Shown: in pieces, positions 28,779-38,312 of the stretch
Layout: each line of letters begins with the position of its first letter
Position numbering within the stretch: position 1 is the first letter of the stretch
Assembly: GCA_963676795.2 (NCBI GenBank)
Contig: CAXXTB010000001.1
Span: 704,001 to 768,000, forward strand
DNA length: 64,000 nucleotides
Reading direction: 5' to 3'
Source of the DNA: Geopsychrobacteraceae bacterium
GTDB lineage: Bacteria > Desulfobacterota > Desulfuromonadia > Desulfuromonadales > Geopsychrobacteraceae
Program-made: the position numbers and the translations under genes
Notes under the pieces: generated by a model
Told to the model about the DNA's origin: nothing
What the model saw: the letters and a program-made list of their open reading frames with translations, nothing else
Databases searched by the model: none

Positions 28779-29300
28779 GTGGGGTACCCTGTGGCGCTGA
28801 AAAATGAAAAATGGCTGGAGTTGGCTGAAATCGTCGATGAACAGAATCGGCAGCCCGAACTCGCTTGTATCCGCAAGTATATGCGTCTGTCGCATATGCT
28901 CGGGAAGTACCTTGAAGCGTCTCTGCGCGGCTACGGGATCAACCGGACTCAGATGAGGCTGCTGCTGCATATTCTGGCCAACAAGGCGCCGCTGACACCG
29001 ACAGAACTCAGCAAGCTCTCTCTGCTGACAATCGATGCCGTCAATAAGTCGGTAGACCGTCTTGACAAGGCCGGCATCACCAGAAGTTATCGCTCCCGGA
29101 CGGATCGCCGGGTCAGAAAAGTCACCCTGACGGATAAGGGGCTCGAGATTCTGGAAAATGCCCAGGCGGTAAGACAGCAGCAGTTTGCCGATATTGTCGG
29201 CTGTCTCGATGCGGAGGAACTGGACCAGTTTTCCCATTATCTGGGCCGCGTTGTCCAAAACCTGAACGTTCTGATGACCTCAGAGAGTAAAGATCAATAG
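28779..29300 (+). CDS. MarR-family transcriptional regulator
   Basis: Winged HTH LTPTELSK...VDRLDKAG...DRRVRKVTLTDKG; start position uncertain. Confidence 0.88.
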   Translation: MGYPVALKNEKWLELAEIVDEQNRQPELACIRKYMRLSHMLGKYLEASLRGYGINRTQMRLLLHILANKAPLTPTELSKLSLLTIDAVNKSVDRLDKAGITRSYRSRTDRRVRKVTLTDKGLEILENAQAVRQQQFADIVGCLDAEELDQFSHYLGRVVQNLNVLMTSESKDQ

Positions 29301-29464
29301 CCTGTCGTTCCCACCTGGCAGAGACGTCGTTTTTCCTTTTTTGTGTGTCTCTGGCGTGTTTCTCATAATTTTCAAGCTGTTGTGAAATCGATGGCTTCGG
29401 CCAGAATTCGGAGCTCCTCCCCTTGTCGGCTGTGCAAAAGCACAGTTTTGTTTTGTGTTTTTGC

Positions 29465-29519
29465 TTGACATGGTTACATCGGCTAAATACTCTACGGCTA
29501 TAACATCTAATGGTATAGC
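29465..29519 (+). promoter_or_regulatory. sigma70 promoter with adjacent palindromic operator
   Basis: TTGACA-17 nt-TACTCT, followed by the imperfect palindrome GCTATAACAT-CTA-ATGGTATAGC. Confidence 0.6.
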
Positions 29520-29759
29520 AATAGTTCTGTATGATCGGGTCGTTCTAAAGAGGGATGCTTCTCATGGGCACAGATAGCTCACGCGTTCAATGATGAATCA
29601 GTAGAACCTCGACTTTTCCTTGCGTGGTTTGTCTGCTGCAACCTACTGCCACAGGTTGTGGATCTGGCGTTTTATTGAATATAAGCCTCTGGTTTTGCGG
29701 CACTGTAATTCGGTATTACAGCGCATTTTTGTTCATTTTTCATAACTGGGAGAAGGTTT

Positions 29760-31043
29760 ATGAGGAAAAGATTGGGGATTGTACTTTGCATGTTGGCCAT
29801 GTTGGTCGGTTCTTCTGTGCTGGCCGGCGCTGCTGACAGCATCGCTTCGGCCATCAAGGATGGCAAGATAAGCGGCGAGGTCGGGGCCTACTACTGGACC
29901 ATGGATTACGGCGACACGCCAAAGGCACTGGACACACAGTCCGCTGTTATCGGTGGGTTCATGAGCTATGAAACGGCTCCGATCGCCGGAATCACCGGAG
30001 GCTTCGGTTTCAAGGCTGTCCATGACATGAGCTGGGATGAGGAGTCCCTGGCCTATTTCGGGATTCTGCCCGACGATAAGTCCAGTTATACCGGGATGCC
30101 GGAATACTACCTGCGTTATGCGGGACATGATACCAAGCTGACAGTCGGTGCTCAGTATGTCTGGACCCCCTGGATCAACAAAAGCCCCTTCCGAATTACT
30201 CCCTACGCCTATCGGGGTGTCAGCCTGAGTAATAGTAGTATCGACAAATTCAAATTCAATCTCGGCTATTTGACCGATTTCATGACCTGGACCGATAGCG
30301 ACTTCAGCAAGATGCTCGCCGGTGACGGCGGTGCCTACTATGCAGGTGTCTCCTATGCCCCGATCAAAGGGCTGGATGCCAACATCTGGTATTACTACTT
30401 CGAAGATAATTACACGATCATTGCTCCGCAATTTTCGTGGGATAAAAAGTTTACCAAAGACTGGAATGGGAAGATCGATGTTCGTGCCGCTCAGTTTGAC
30501 AGTGTCGGCGATGATTTGTACGGCAGTGACAACGCCAGGCTGGAATGGTTCGATGAAACCTATATGTTTGGGGCTATAGCAACTCTTGGGTTTAAGAACC
30601 TGTCGTTGTCGATTTCCGGACAGCAGAACGGTAATAACGATGTTCCGGAAACCTTTGGTAACAATCGAGCTGTCACCATGCAGATCAACAAGTCTAACCG
30701 CGCAGAAGAAAAGGCTTATGCCGCCAAGCTGGAATACGACGCGACGACCAGGACAAGCGGCGGCCTGAAGGCCTATGTCCAGTACGGAATTTTCGACACC
30801 CCGGAAACCGGCGATAATGCCAGTCAGGATACTGAAGAGCTGGAGTTCTTTGTCAGCTATCGGATCAAGAATTACAAGGGGCAGAACTCTGTGATGAAAT
30901 TTCTCGATGGCTCGGAAATCAGGGTCCGTTACGCGATGGAAGACGCCGATCAGGATGTCAGCGAGTACGCCGATTTCCTGGATATCAACAAGAAGGATCA
31001 GGACACCACCGACTTCCGTGTCTATCTGAAGTATTACTTCTGA
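29760..31043 (+). CDS. Outer-membrane porin, OprD-like
   Basis: Sec signal peptide; mature start ADSIASAIKDGKISGEV; alternating aromatic beta-strand pattern; C-terminal FRVYLKYYF beta-signal. Confidence 0.8.
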   Translation: MRKRLGIVLCMLAMLVGSSVLAGAADSIASAIKDGKISGEVGAYYWTMDYGDTPKALDTQSAVIGGFMSYETAPIAGITGGFGFKAVHDMSWDEESLAYFGILPDDKSSYTGMPEYYLRYAGHDTKLTVGAQYVWTPWINKSPFRITPYAYRGVSLSNSSIDKFKFNLGYLTDFMTWTDSDFSKMLAGDGGAYYAGVSYAPIKGLDANIWYYYFEDNYTIIAPQFSWDKKFTKDWNGKIDVRAAQFDSVGDDLYGSDNARLEWFDETYMFGAIATLGFKNLSLSISGQQNGNNDVPETFGNNRAVTMQINKSNRAEEKAYAAKLEYDATTRTSGGLKAYVQYGIFDTPETGDNASQDTEELEFFVSYRIKNYKGQNSVMKFLDGSEIRVRYAMEDADQDVSEYADFLDINKKDQDTTDFRVYLKYYF

Positions 31044-31192
31044 TGGCATCAGTCGGATTTTATTTGGTCAAAAAGTATAAAGCTATAAGGTCTACATATA
31101 TACAAGTTGCTTTGTAGCTTTATGCTTTTCAAGTTTTCAGTGATTTGAAAGTTGATCAGGAAGAACTGCATGATTACCAAACGGGGAGAATT

Positions 31193-33229
31193 ATGAAACG
31201 AAACGACAAGGATGAGGTAACGAGCAAGGCCGATGACCCGGTCGTAGAGCAGGCCGGGACATCGCGCCGCTCTTTTCTTAAAGGGGCCGGTGTTGTCGGT
31301 GCGGCGGTCGCCGCTGCGACAAGCGGGATCATCGCGATGCCGAAAAAATCTGAGGCGGCGGATGATTGCCCGGAGCCCAGGGTGCTGGAAGAACTGCCTA
31401 TCCCGGCCGATCCTGCGGCACCGTCAAAGACCGAATTTGCCTGTGATGTGCTGGTTGTCGGCGGCGGCTTTGCCGGTCTGAATGCGGCTATTTCCGCCAA
31501 AAAAGCAGGGAACTCGGTCATCATGGTCGACAAGGGGCGGCCTGGTTATTCGGGCCTGTCTCCCTTCGCCAGTTCTCATCGCTGGATCGATAAGAACTTT
31601 GGTGATGATCCAAAGGCCTTCAGGGCCTGTGTTCAGCGTGGCGGTGAATATATCACCAACCTCGACTGGTATCAGGTCTGGATCGATGAGTCGAAGGCGG
31701 CTTATGAGCGGCTTATGGAGTGGGGGGTTCTGACTCAGTTTCCCAAGGCGTCAATTGCCGGAGAGTATTTCAATCAGCTCGACTATGCCGGCTATCGTGA
31801 CAAGTTCGACAAGTTCGACCGGCGTAAAAAGTTCAACGAAGCCCTCGATAAGAGCGGGGTTCAGATCATCGAACGGACCATGATCACCGAAGTTATCAAA
31901 AACGACGGCAGGGTGGTCGGGGCCATGGGGATCGACGTACCCAGCGGTGCGGTGGTGACCTTTCACGCCAAAGCAGTCGTTCTCTGTACCGGTGGCGGTT
32001 CGTTCAAGTCGGGCGGTTATCCGACCGGGGCGAACAGCTTTACCGGCGAATATATCGGTTACCAGCTCGGCCTGCCGATCGTCGGCAAGGAGTTCGACGA
32101 TTTCCATCAGACCGTTTCCCATGCTGCGGGCAATGCTTTCTACAACAACTCCTGGACCTATCTGGAGAATATCTGGCTCTGCGGTGGCGACATCGATATG
32201 AAAAACTACAAGCCCTACGCGGATGTCAAGGCCAAGGTCATGGTCTTGAGCCGGGTTCACTCAGCGCTTAAAGGGATGGCTCCGGATGATGGTTCGCATT
32301 TCGAGGATCTTGCCAAGGCGTCCAAGGGGCGTCGGGGTGGTTCTCTGTCGAGCAACCCGCTTGACCCACGAGAAGGGAAAAAGAATGACTCGATGCAAAA
32401 GGGCGATGTCTGGGGCGCTGCGGTCGGCATGTGTTCGCACCTGAGCTCGGGTGTTTTCTGTGGCCTGGATGATATCAATGGCCAAACCGCCCTGCCGGGT
32501 CTTTATGTCGCTGGTGACGGAACCAACGGTTGCGTGGTTACCGGTGCGGCCTATCCGAACGGTGTCGGTTTTACCTCCAACTTTATCTCCTGTCAGGGCT
32601 GGCGTGTCGGTGAGGCTGCTGCGAAGTACGCCAGGGGGGGCGGTTCGGCCAGGATTCCGTTGGCAAAAATCGCCAGTGTCACCACGGAGATTGAAGCACC
32701 ACGCGGACTGACCAAGGGGCTCGACCCGAACTGGGCGCGCGATGTCCTGCACGGCATCATGGCTCCCTACTGGGTGCATATCGCCAAGTCGGAAAAGACC
32801 CTGCAGGGCACCCTGGCTCAGGTCGAATACATGCGCGACGAGGTGGTCCCGCAGCTCATGGCGGTCAGCTCGCACGATCTGCGTCTCTGTCATGAGATGA
32901 AGAGCAAGATCTTAAGTGCCGAGATGAAGCTGCGTGCCGGGATCGAACGGAAAGAGAGTCGCGGATTCCATTTCCGGACTGACTATCCCTACCGTGACGA
33001 CAAGAACTTCCTCTGTTATATCGCCGCCACAAAAGGCAAAAACGGCATGAAGGTTTCCAAGGTCCAGATCAAGGATGAATGGAAAGGCGACACTGGTCTT
33101 GCTCATGCTGATCGTTACGGCTGGCGATTCCCGGGTGAAACTGAGGCCCTGGGGCTGCCACCGGAAAAGAAACGGGACGGGGGGCCTGGAGGGAAGCCTG
33201 GTGGAAAACCCGGAGAGAATCACGGCTAA
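31193..33229 (+). CDS. Tat-exported FAD-dependent oxidoreductase (SdhA/FrdA/AprA/NadB superfamily)
   Basis: GGGGAG RBS; SRRSFLK, hydrophobic core and SEA cleavage site; DVLVVGGGFAG; AVVLCTGG; LPGLYVAGD; ESRGFHFRTDYP. Confidence 0.9.
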   Translation: MKRNDKDEVTSKADDPVVEQAGTSRRSFLKGAGVVGAAVAAATSGIIAMPKKSEAADDCPEPRVLEELPIPADPAAPSKTEFACDVLVVGGGFAGLNAAISAKKAGNSVIMVDKGRPGYSGLSPFASSHRWIDKNFGDDPKAFRACVQRGGEYITNLDWYQVWIDESKAAYERLMEWGVLTQFPKASIAGEYFNQLDYAGYRDKFDKFDRRKKFNEALDKSGVQIIERTMITEVIKNDGRVVGAMGIDVPSGAVVTFHAKAVVLCTGGGSFKSGGYPTGANSFTGEYIGYQLGLPIVGKEFDDFHQTVSHAAGNAFYNNSWTYLENIWLCGGDIDMKNYKPYADVKAKVMVLSRVHSALKGMAPDDGSHFEDLAKASKGRRGGSLSSNPLDPREGKKNDSMQKGDVWGAAVGMCSHLSSGVFCGLDDINGQTALPGLYVAGDGTNGCVVTGAAYPNGVGFTSNFISCQGWRVGEAAAKYARGGGSARIPLAKIASVTTEIEAPRGLTKGLDPNWARDVLHGIMAPYWVHIAKSEKTLQGTLAQVEYMRDEVVPQLMAVSSHDLRLCHEMKSKILSAEMKLRAGIERKESRGFHFRTDYPYRDDKNFLCYIAATKGKNGMKVSKVQIKDEWKGDTGLAHADRYGWRFPGETEALGLPPEKKRDGGPGGKPGGKPGENHG

Positions 33230-33260
33230 TCTTGTCTGTATATGACCAAGGGGAAAGATT

Positions 33261-33539
33261 ATGAGTGTTGCACGCTATGATTTAAATGCCTGTATCGGCT
33301 GTATGACCTGTAACGAAATCTGTCCGATGGACGTCCTCCGCTTTGATGGTAAGGAAGAAAAATCGGTCATCGCCTACGCGGAAAACTGTCAGAGCTGCGG
33401 CCAGTGTTTTGTCAACTGTCCCGGCCGCTCACTGATGATTGTCAATGATATGTACAGTTACGCCCTGACTGCACACCGGGCGCCGGTCACTGCTTACAAT
33501 GCGGGCCACAATGCACCGACAAAACAGTCGCCTGAATAA
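33261..33539 (+). CDS. 2x[4Fe-4S] ferredoxin, AprB-like
   Basis: CIGCMTCNEICP and CQSCGQCFVNCP; no signal peptide. Confidence 0.92.
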   Translation: MSVARYDLNACIGCMTCNEICPMDVLRFDGKEEKSVIAYAENCQSCGQCFVNCPGRSLMIVNDMYSYALTAHRAPVTAYNAGHNAPTKQSPE

Positions 33540-33548
33540 GGAGCCTTT

Positions 33549-33728
33549 ATGTTTGGACTTGGTACGACAGAACTGATGATTATCGCCTTAATCGTGATGG
33601 TCATCTTCGGCGCCGGCAAGCTGCCGCAGATCGGCAGTTCTCTGGGCGCCGGGATCCGCAATTTCCGAAAGGGGGTGAGCGAAGAGGCAGAGTCTGATGC
33701 CGCTAAGGAGCCGGAGATTGTCAGTTAA
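33549..33728 (+). CDS. tatA: Twin-arginine translocase subunit TatA/E (59 aa)
   Basis: Manual translation MFGLGTTELMIIALIVMVIFGAGKLPQIGSSLGAGIRNFRKGVSEE...; AGGAG RBS; below the ORF-track cutoff. Confidence 0.93.
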   Translation: MFGLGTTELMIIALIVMVIFGAGKLPQIGSSLGAGIRNFRKGVSEEAESDAAKEPEIVS

Positions 33729-33744
33729 CAAGCTCAGGCTTCAC

Positions 33745-33790
33745 AATAAAAAGAAGGCCGGAAACTCAATGTTCCGGCCTTCTTTTTATT
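33745..33790. terminator. Bidirectional intrinsic terminator
   Basis: AATAAAAAGAAGGCCGGAA...TTCCGGCCTTCTTTTTATT. Confidence 0.9.
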
Positions 33791-33834
33791 GCTTTAGCAC
33801 GCCAATTCAAGTCTGTTAGGCATTGGCTCATTTT

Positions 33835-33932
33835 CCTTCTCCCCAAGGGAGAAGGTGCCCCGAAGGGGTGGCTGAGGGGGGCTTTTCGGGCGAGTCTCCC
33901 CTCATCCTAACCCTCTCCCTCAGGGAGAGGGG
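33835..33932. repeat. REP/BoxC-like CCCTCTCCC-N3-GGGAGAGGG doublet
   Basis: CCTTCTCCC-CAA-GGGAGAAGG and CCCTCATCCTAACCCTCTCCC-TCA-GGGAGAGGG in inverted arrangement. Confidence 0.65.
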
Positions 33933-33980
33933 ATGATTTCTCTTTTTACAGTGCTGAATGGTTCAGTCAGCGGACAGGTT

Positions 33981-34622
33981 CTACTTGGTTTTTTCCCAGT
34001 CAGCGAGAAATTTGGCGATACCGACATCGGTCAGCGGGTGCTTGGCCAGCTGGGTGATGACGCTGTAGGGGATGGTGCAGATATCGGCACCTATCAGCCC
34101 GGCGTTGAGAACGTGCATCGGCGAGCGGACCGAAGCGACGATGATTTCAGTCGCGTAGCCGTAGTTTTCGTAGATGGTCCGGATCTGCTCAACCCCTTCC
34201 AACCCTTCGTGGCCGACATCGTCGAGGCGGCCGACAAAGGGAGAAACATAGGTCGCTCCGGCTTTGGCGGCAAGCAGTGCCTGGAGAGGAGAGAAGATCA
34301 GGGTCACGTTGGTGCTGATCCCTTCGGCTGAAAACTGCTTGGTGGCTTTGAGCCCCTCGGTGGTCATCGGTACCTTGATGACGATGTTTTCATGGATCTT
34401 GACCAGTTCACGTCCTTCGGCCAGCATTCCTGCGGCGTCGAGGGCAATGACCTCGGCCGAGATCGGTCCGTCGACGATCTGGGTGATCTCGGTGATGACC
34501 TCCTTGAAGTCGCGGCCGCTCTTGGCGATCAGAGAAGGGTTGGTGGTGACGCCGTCAACCAGGCCCAGCTCATGGGCGGCGCGGATTTCCTGAACTTCTG
34601 CGGTATCGATAAAAAACTTCAT
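33981..34622 (-). CDS. tal: Transaldolase (small TalC/Fsa family)
   Basis: [14 protein letters not shown] and VIKVP motifs; ISAEV and SPFVGR match transaldolase-type residues. Confidence 0.9.
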   Translation of the reverse strand: MKFFIDTAEVQEIRAAHELGLVDGVTTNPSLIAKSGRDFKEVITEITQIVDGPISAEVIALDAAGMLAEGRELVKIHENIVIKVPMTTEGLKATKQFSAEGISTNVTLIFSPLQALLAAKAGATYVSPFVGRLDDVGHEGLEGVEQIRTIYENYGYATEIIVASVRSPMHVLNAGLIGADICTIPYSVITQLAKHPLTDVGIAKFLADWEKTK

Positions 34623-34653
34623 GCTCAGCTCCTCGGGGATCCCGAATTGGGTG

Positions 34654-34899
34654 TTAGTGGGTTTCCTTGTATTTATTCAGACATTCCTGCGAACAGAAAT
34701 AGTGTTCTTCGCCCCTGATTGTGGTTCGGTGGGCATCGCTGATCGGCAGGTAGGTTCCGCACTGCGGGTCCTTGACCATGGTTTCGCCGTCGGCGCTGCG
34801 ATTTTTTGGAGGCCTTCTTGCTGCTGGACCGCGCAGCATGCTGGCGATCAGTGAGTAGACGACAAAGCAGATCAACACAAGTAGCAGTAATTTAATCAT
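34654..34899 (-). CDS. Small membrane protein with TRASH/YHS-like metal motif (PP0621-like)
   Basis: N-terminal [12 protein letters not shown]...YFCSQEC. Confidence 0.8.
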   Translation of the reverse strand: MIKLLLLVLICFVVYSLIASMLRGPAARRPPKNRSADGETMVKDPQCGTYLPISDAHRTTIRGEEHYFCSQECLNKYKETH

Positions 34900-34903
34900 C
34901 AGT

Positions 34904-35416
34904 TTACCAAGTCTTTTCCATGAGAACGATACCCGCTTCTTCTGCCAGTTCGGCCTGCAGGTCGGCTATCGAACGATTGAGAACCGGATGAACAAAATCA
35001 GGGCACAGGTCAGTCAGAGGCATGAGCACGAACTGACGCTGGTGGAGCAGCGGGTGCGGAATGGTCAGCTCGGGTGTGGTCATGATCCGGTCGGCGTAGA
35101 GCAACAGGTCGATATCGAGGGTACGCGGCCCCCAGACAACCTGGCGCGTCCGGCCGGCGGCATTTTCAAGCTCCTGGCAGGTCTTCAGCAACTCGCCCGG
35201 AGACAGGAAGGTCTCCAGTTCCAGGGCCGCATTCAGATAATCCGGCTGATCCGCCGGGCCGCCCACAGCTGGTGTGCGATACAGCGCTGAACTGCGGACC
35301 TGGACAATCTGCGGATGCTCTTCCAGGCTCTGCCGGCACTGGCGGAACAGGCTCAGCGGGTGCCCCAGATTGCCTCCGAGGCCGAGAAATGCTCGACACT
35401 TTTTCGTCTCTGTCAT
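34904..35416 (-). CDS. folK: 2-amino-4-hydroxy-6-hydroxymethyldihydropteridine diphosphokinase
   Basis: LGLGGNLG, YLNAA, WGPRTLDIDLL and IPHP motifs. Confidence 0.93.
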   Translation of the reverse strand: MTETKKCRAFLGLGGNLGHPLSLFRQCRQSLEEHPQIVQVRSSALYRTPAVGGPADQPDYLNAALELETFLSPGELLKTCQELENAAGRTRQVVWGPRTLDIDLLLYADRIMTTPELTIPHPLLHQRQFVLMPLTDLCPDFVHPVLNRSIADLQAELAEEAGIVLMEKTW

Positions 35417-35565
35417 AACCTGCGAATTAAAGCACAAGCCGACGGACAAAATCAATTTACCATTTGACCTGAATGAGGTGGCTGGACGGTGAAACTGCTG
35501 TGCTGGATTGTCATGCAGCCATATCTGTCGAGCCACTTACCGATTCGGGATGACAGGAAGATATC

Positions 35566-35964
35566 ATGCGCCTCAACCTGACCCTGGGTGCCCACGATCT
35601 GGAGCAGACCCTGCTGTTTTATCGAGAGATTCTGAATCTTAGTCCTGTTCGTCATCAGGAGGGGACTGGCTTGGAATTTATGCTTGTTGATTTCGCTAAT
35701 CTGCGGGTTGTTTTTGTGCCTCTGGAACAGCTTCAGCAGCAGCATCCGGCACTCTTGCAGAACTTTGACCGCCACCACCTGGGAAGCGGTGTCCAGCTGG
35801 AAATGAACTGCCCCGATCTCGTCCCGGTGATGCAGGCCCTGGGGCGTTATGACTGGCCGGTTGTTTATGAGCTGGAAGATGACGAGCATCGGCGCCGGGA
35901 ATTGTGGATCAACGATCCGGATGGATATCTGATTGTACTCAATGAAGAACCGGGAGAGTTGTGA
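35566..35964 (+). CDS. VOC/glyoxalase-family protein
   Basis: DLEQTLLFYREIL and RELWINDPDGY motifs. Confidence 0.8.
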   Translation: MRLNLTLGAHDLEQTLLFYREILNLSPVRHQEGTGLEFMLVDFANLRVVFVPLEQLQQQHPALLQNFDRHHLGSGVQLEMNCPDLVPVMQALGRYDWPVVYELEDDEHRRRELWINDPDGYLIVLNEEPGEL

Positions 35965-35994
35965 TGGCTCTCCCGTTCATGGTCTGTTCTGGAT

Positions 35995-37278
35995 TTAGGC
36001 ATAGCCGCCCGGCTGGCCGAGCATGCCGCGGGTGACCAGGACGATCCCCTTATCGGTGATACGGAAGCCGTTGGCCTTGTCCTCCTCCGGATCGTAGCCG
36101 ATGCGCATCCCTTCAGGGATCTCACAGCCCCGGTCGATAATCGCGTTTCTGATCTGGCAGTTCCTGTGGGTGACGACTTCCGGCAGGATGACACACTCGT
36201 CGATTTCGGAGTAGGAGTGGACCCGGACATTGTTGAACAGCACGGTCTTGTTCAGTTTGGAACCGGAGATGATACAGCCTCCGGAGATGCTGGAGTCGGT
36301 CATCATACCGCGGCGGTTCTCATCGTTGAAGACGAACTTGGCCGGCGGCAACTGGGCCTGATAGGTCCAGATCGGCCAGCCCGGGTTGTAGAGGTTCAGC
36401 TCCGGGGCCGGAGCGATCAGTTCCATATTGGCTTCCCAGAACGAATCAAGGGTTCCAACATCGCGCCAGTAGGCGCGTCCTCCGGTTTCCGGATCGCGGA
36501 ACGGGAAGGCAAAGACCTCATGCTTGTCGATGATGCCGGGAATGATGTTTTTGCCGAAATCGTGCTCAGAACTGGGATTGACGCCGTCTGACATCAGTAG
36601 GTCAAAAAGAAATTCGGTGTTGAAGATGTAATTGCCCATCGACGCCAGGCACATGCCCGGTTTGCCGGGGACCTCGGCCGGGTTGGCCGGTTTTTCGGCA
36701 AAGCTGGTGATCCGGTTGTGCTCATCTACACCCATGACGCCGAAGGCTCCGGCGGCTTCCTCAACCGGAACCTCCAGGCAGGAAACCGTCATGTCGGCCC
36801 CCTGTTCGATGTGGGCGAGCAGCATCGAACGGTAATCCATCTGATAGATATGGTCTCCCGAGAGGATCAGTACGTATTTCGGCTTTTCGGCACGGATGAT
36901 ATCGAGGTTCTGATAAACCGCATCCGCCGTTCCCAGATACCAGTCTTCTGAGAAGCGTTGTGACGCCGGCAGGATTTCGACAAATTCTCCCAGTTCCTTT
37001 TTGAAATGACTCCAGCCGCGCACCAGGTGACGGATCAGCGAATGGGATTTGTACTGAGTCAGAACACCGATACGCCTGATTCCCGAATTGATGCAGTTGG
37101 AGAGGGGAAAGTCGATGATCCGGTACTTGCCGCCAAAGTAGACGGCCGGTTTGGCCCGCCATTCGGTCAGTTCATAGAGGCGGGAGCCGCGCCCCCCGGC
37201 CAGAACCAGAGCAAAGGTGTCTTTGACCAGGTGACTGACATAACGATAGACGATGTGGCGTTCGGGTATATTTCCCAT
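35995..37278 (-). CDS. glgC: Glucose-1-phosphate adenylyltransferase
   Basis: [38 protein letters not shown] and YWRDVGT motifs. Confidence 0.97.
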   Translation of the reverse strand: MGNIPERHIVYRYVSHLVKDTFALVLAGGRGSRLYELTEWRAKPAVYFGGKYRIIDFPLSNCINSGIRRIGVLTQYKSHSLIRHLVRGWSHFKKELGEFVEILPASQRFSEDWYLGTADAVYQNLDIIRAEKPKYVLILSGDHIYQMDYRSMLLAHIEQGADMTVSCLEVPVEEAAGAFGVMGVDEHNRITSFAEKPANPAEVPGKPGMCLASMGNYIFNTEFLFDLLMSDGVNPSSEHDFGKNIIPGIIDKHEVFAFPFRDPETGGRAYWRDVGTLDSFWEANMELIAPAPELNLYNPGWPIWTYQAQLPPAKFVFNDENRRGMMTDSSISGGCIISGSKLNKTVLFNNVRVHSYSEIDECVILPEVVTHRNCQIRNAIIDRGCEIPEGMRIGYDPEEDKANGFRITDKGIVLVTRGMLGQPGGYA

Positions 37279-37399
37279 TTCAGTTCTCCAGAATCATTCG
37301 CAGTAGAAGCATATATGACAGGTAAGACATTTCTTCAAAGAATAGCTGATGATGGTGAGGTTACAACAGGGGGTGCCGAAAAAATACGGAGTAAAATCC

Positions 37400-38311
37400 T
37401 CAGTTTCTATCCGTTGCCGTGCGACTTTGGCGATTTGTCAGGTAGATACCGACGAGAACCAGCAGTAGCCCGCTGGCCAGGGAGCCGGTCAGGGGCTCAT
37501 CGAGGATCAGCCAGGCCAGAACGACACCGCTGGCCGGAACCAGGTTGATAAACTGCCCGGCACGGATCGGTCCGATGCGCTGAATCCCCTGATAGTACCA
37601 GATAAAGGCTACGACAGTGCCAAACAGCCCGAGAAAGGCCAGCCAGCCCCAGGCCGACAGCGGATATTCCGGCAGTCCGCTCAGCAGCCGCTGACTGAGT
37701 GCCGCGGGAAACAGCATTGCCGTGCCTGCCAGTGAAGAGTAGGTGACCGCAAGCAACGGGCTGAGGCCGCGCAGGGTAATCCGGCCGATCAGGGAATAGG
37801 CCACCCAGCTGGCGACACAGCCGAAAATCAGCAGTTCGCCGCGGCCGATGCCGTGGGTCACCAGCTCAACCGGGTTGCCTTGGGTGATGACCAGGATCGC
37901 TCCGCATACGGAAATGGCAATCCCCGAAGCCTTGACCGCCGTCAGTTTTTCTCCGAGCAGGATGGTTGCAAAGATTGCAATCATAACCGGGTTGTTGGCG
38001 ATGATGACCGCCGCCCGTCCTGCTTCGATCAGCTCCAGTCCTTTGAAAAAGCAGATATTGTAGCTGGTGATGCCGGTCAGCCCGAGCAGCAGGATCGGCA
38101 GGATCTGATTGCCTTTCAGGCGCGGCAGGTGGCGATGCTGCGCCAGGGTGAGGATGAGCAGGGCTGCCGAGGCGATGAGAAAGCGTAAAAACGCGGCGCA
38201 GAGCGGCGGCAGTTCTCCGGCCAGAGAGCGGCCGGCAATGAAGGTGCCGCCCCAGAAGATGGCCATCAGGGTCAGTTTGATATAGGTGAGGAGCAGTGAC
38301 GAGGTCGGCAT
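37400..38311 (-). CDS. DMT/EamA-family transporter
   Basis: About 10 TMs; FWGGTFIAGR; duplicated EamA pattern. Confidence 0.88.
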   Translation of the reverse strand: MPTSSLLLTYIKLTLMAIFWGGTFIAGRSLAGELPPLCAAFLRFLIASAALLILTLAQHRHLPRLKGNQILPILLLGLTGITSYNICFFKGLELIEAGRAAVIIANNPVMIAIFATILLGEKLTAVKASGIAISVCGAILVITQGNPVELVTHGIGRGELLIFGCVASWVAYSLIGRITLRGLSPLLAVTYSSLAGTAMLFPAALSQRLLSGLPEYPLSAWGWLAFLGLFGTVVAFIWYYQGIQRIGPIRAGQFINLVPASGVVLAWLILDEPLTGSLASGLLLVLVGIYLTNRQSRTATDRN

Positions 38312-38312
38312 G

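Noticed and set aside
29733..31049. 438-aa minus-strand ORF
   Set aside because: Antisense shadow of the porin, which has a signal peptide and beta-signal.
33178..33215. GGPGGKPGGKPG repeat at the flavoprotein C-terminus
   Set aside because: Short low-complexity tail with no evidence of function.
31193..33539. Calling the flavoprotein and ferredoxin aprAB or sdhA/frdA
   Set aside because: Tat signal, no covalent-FAD His motif, and no sat/qmo or sdhBC neighbours; gene symbols withheld.
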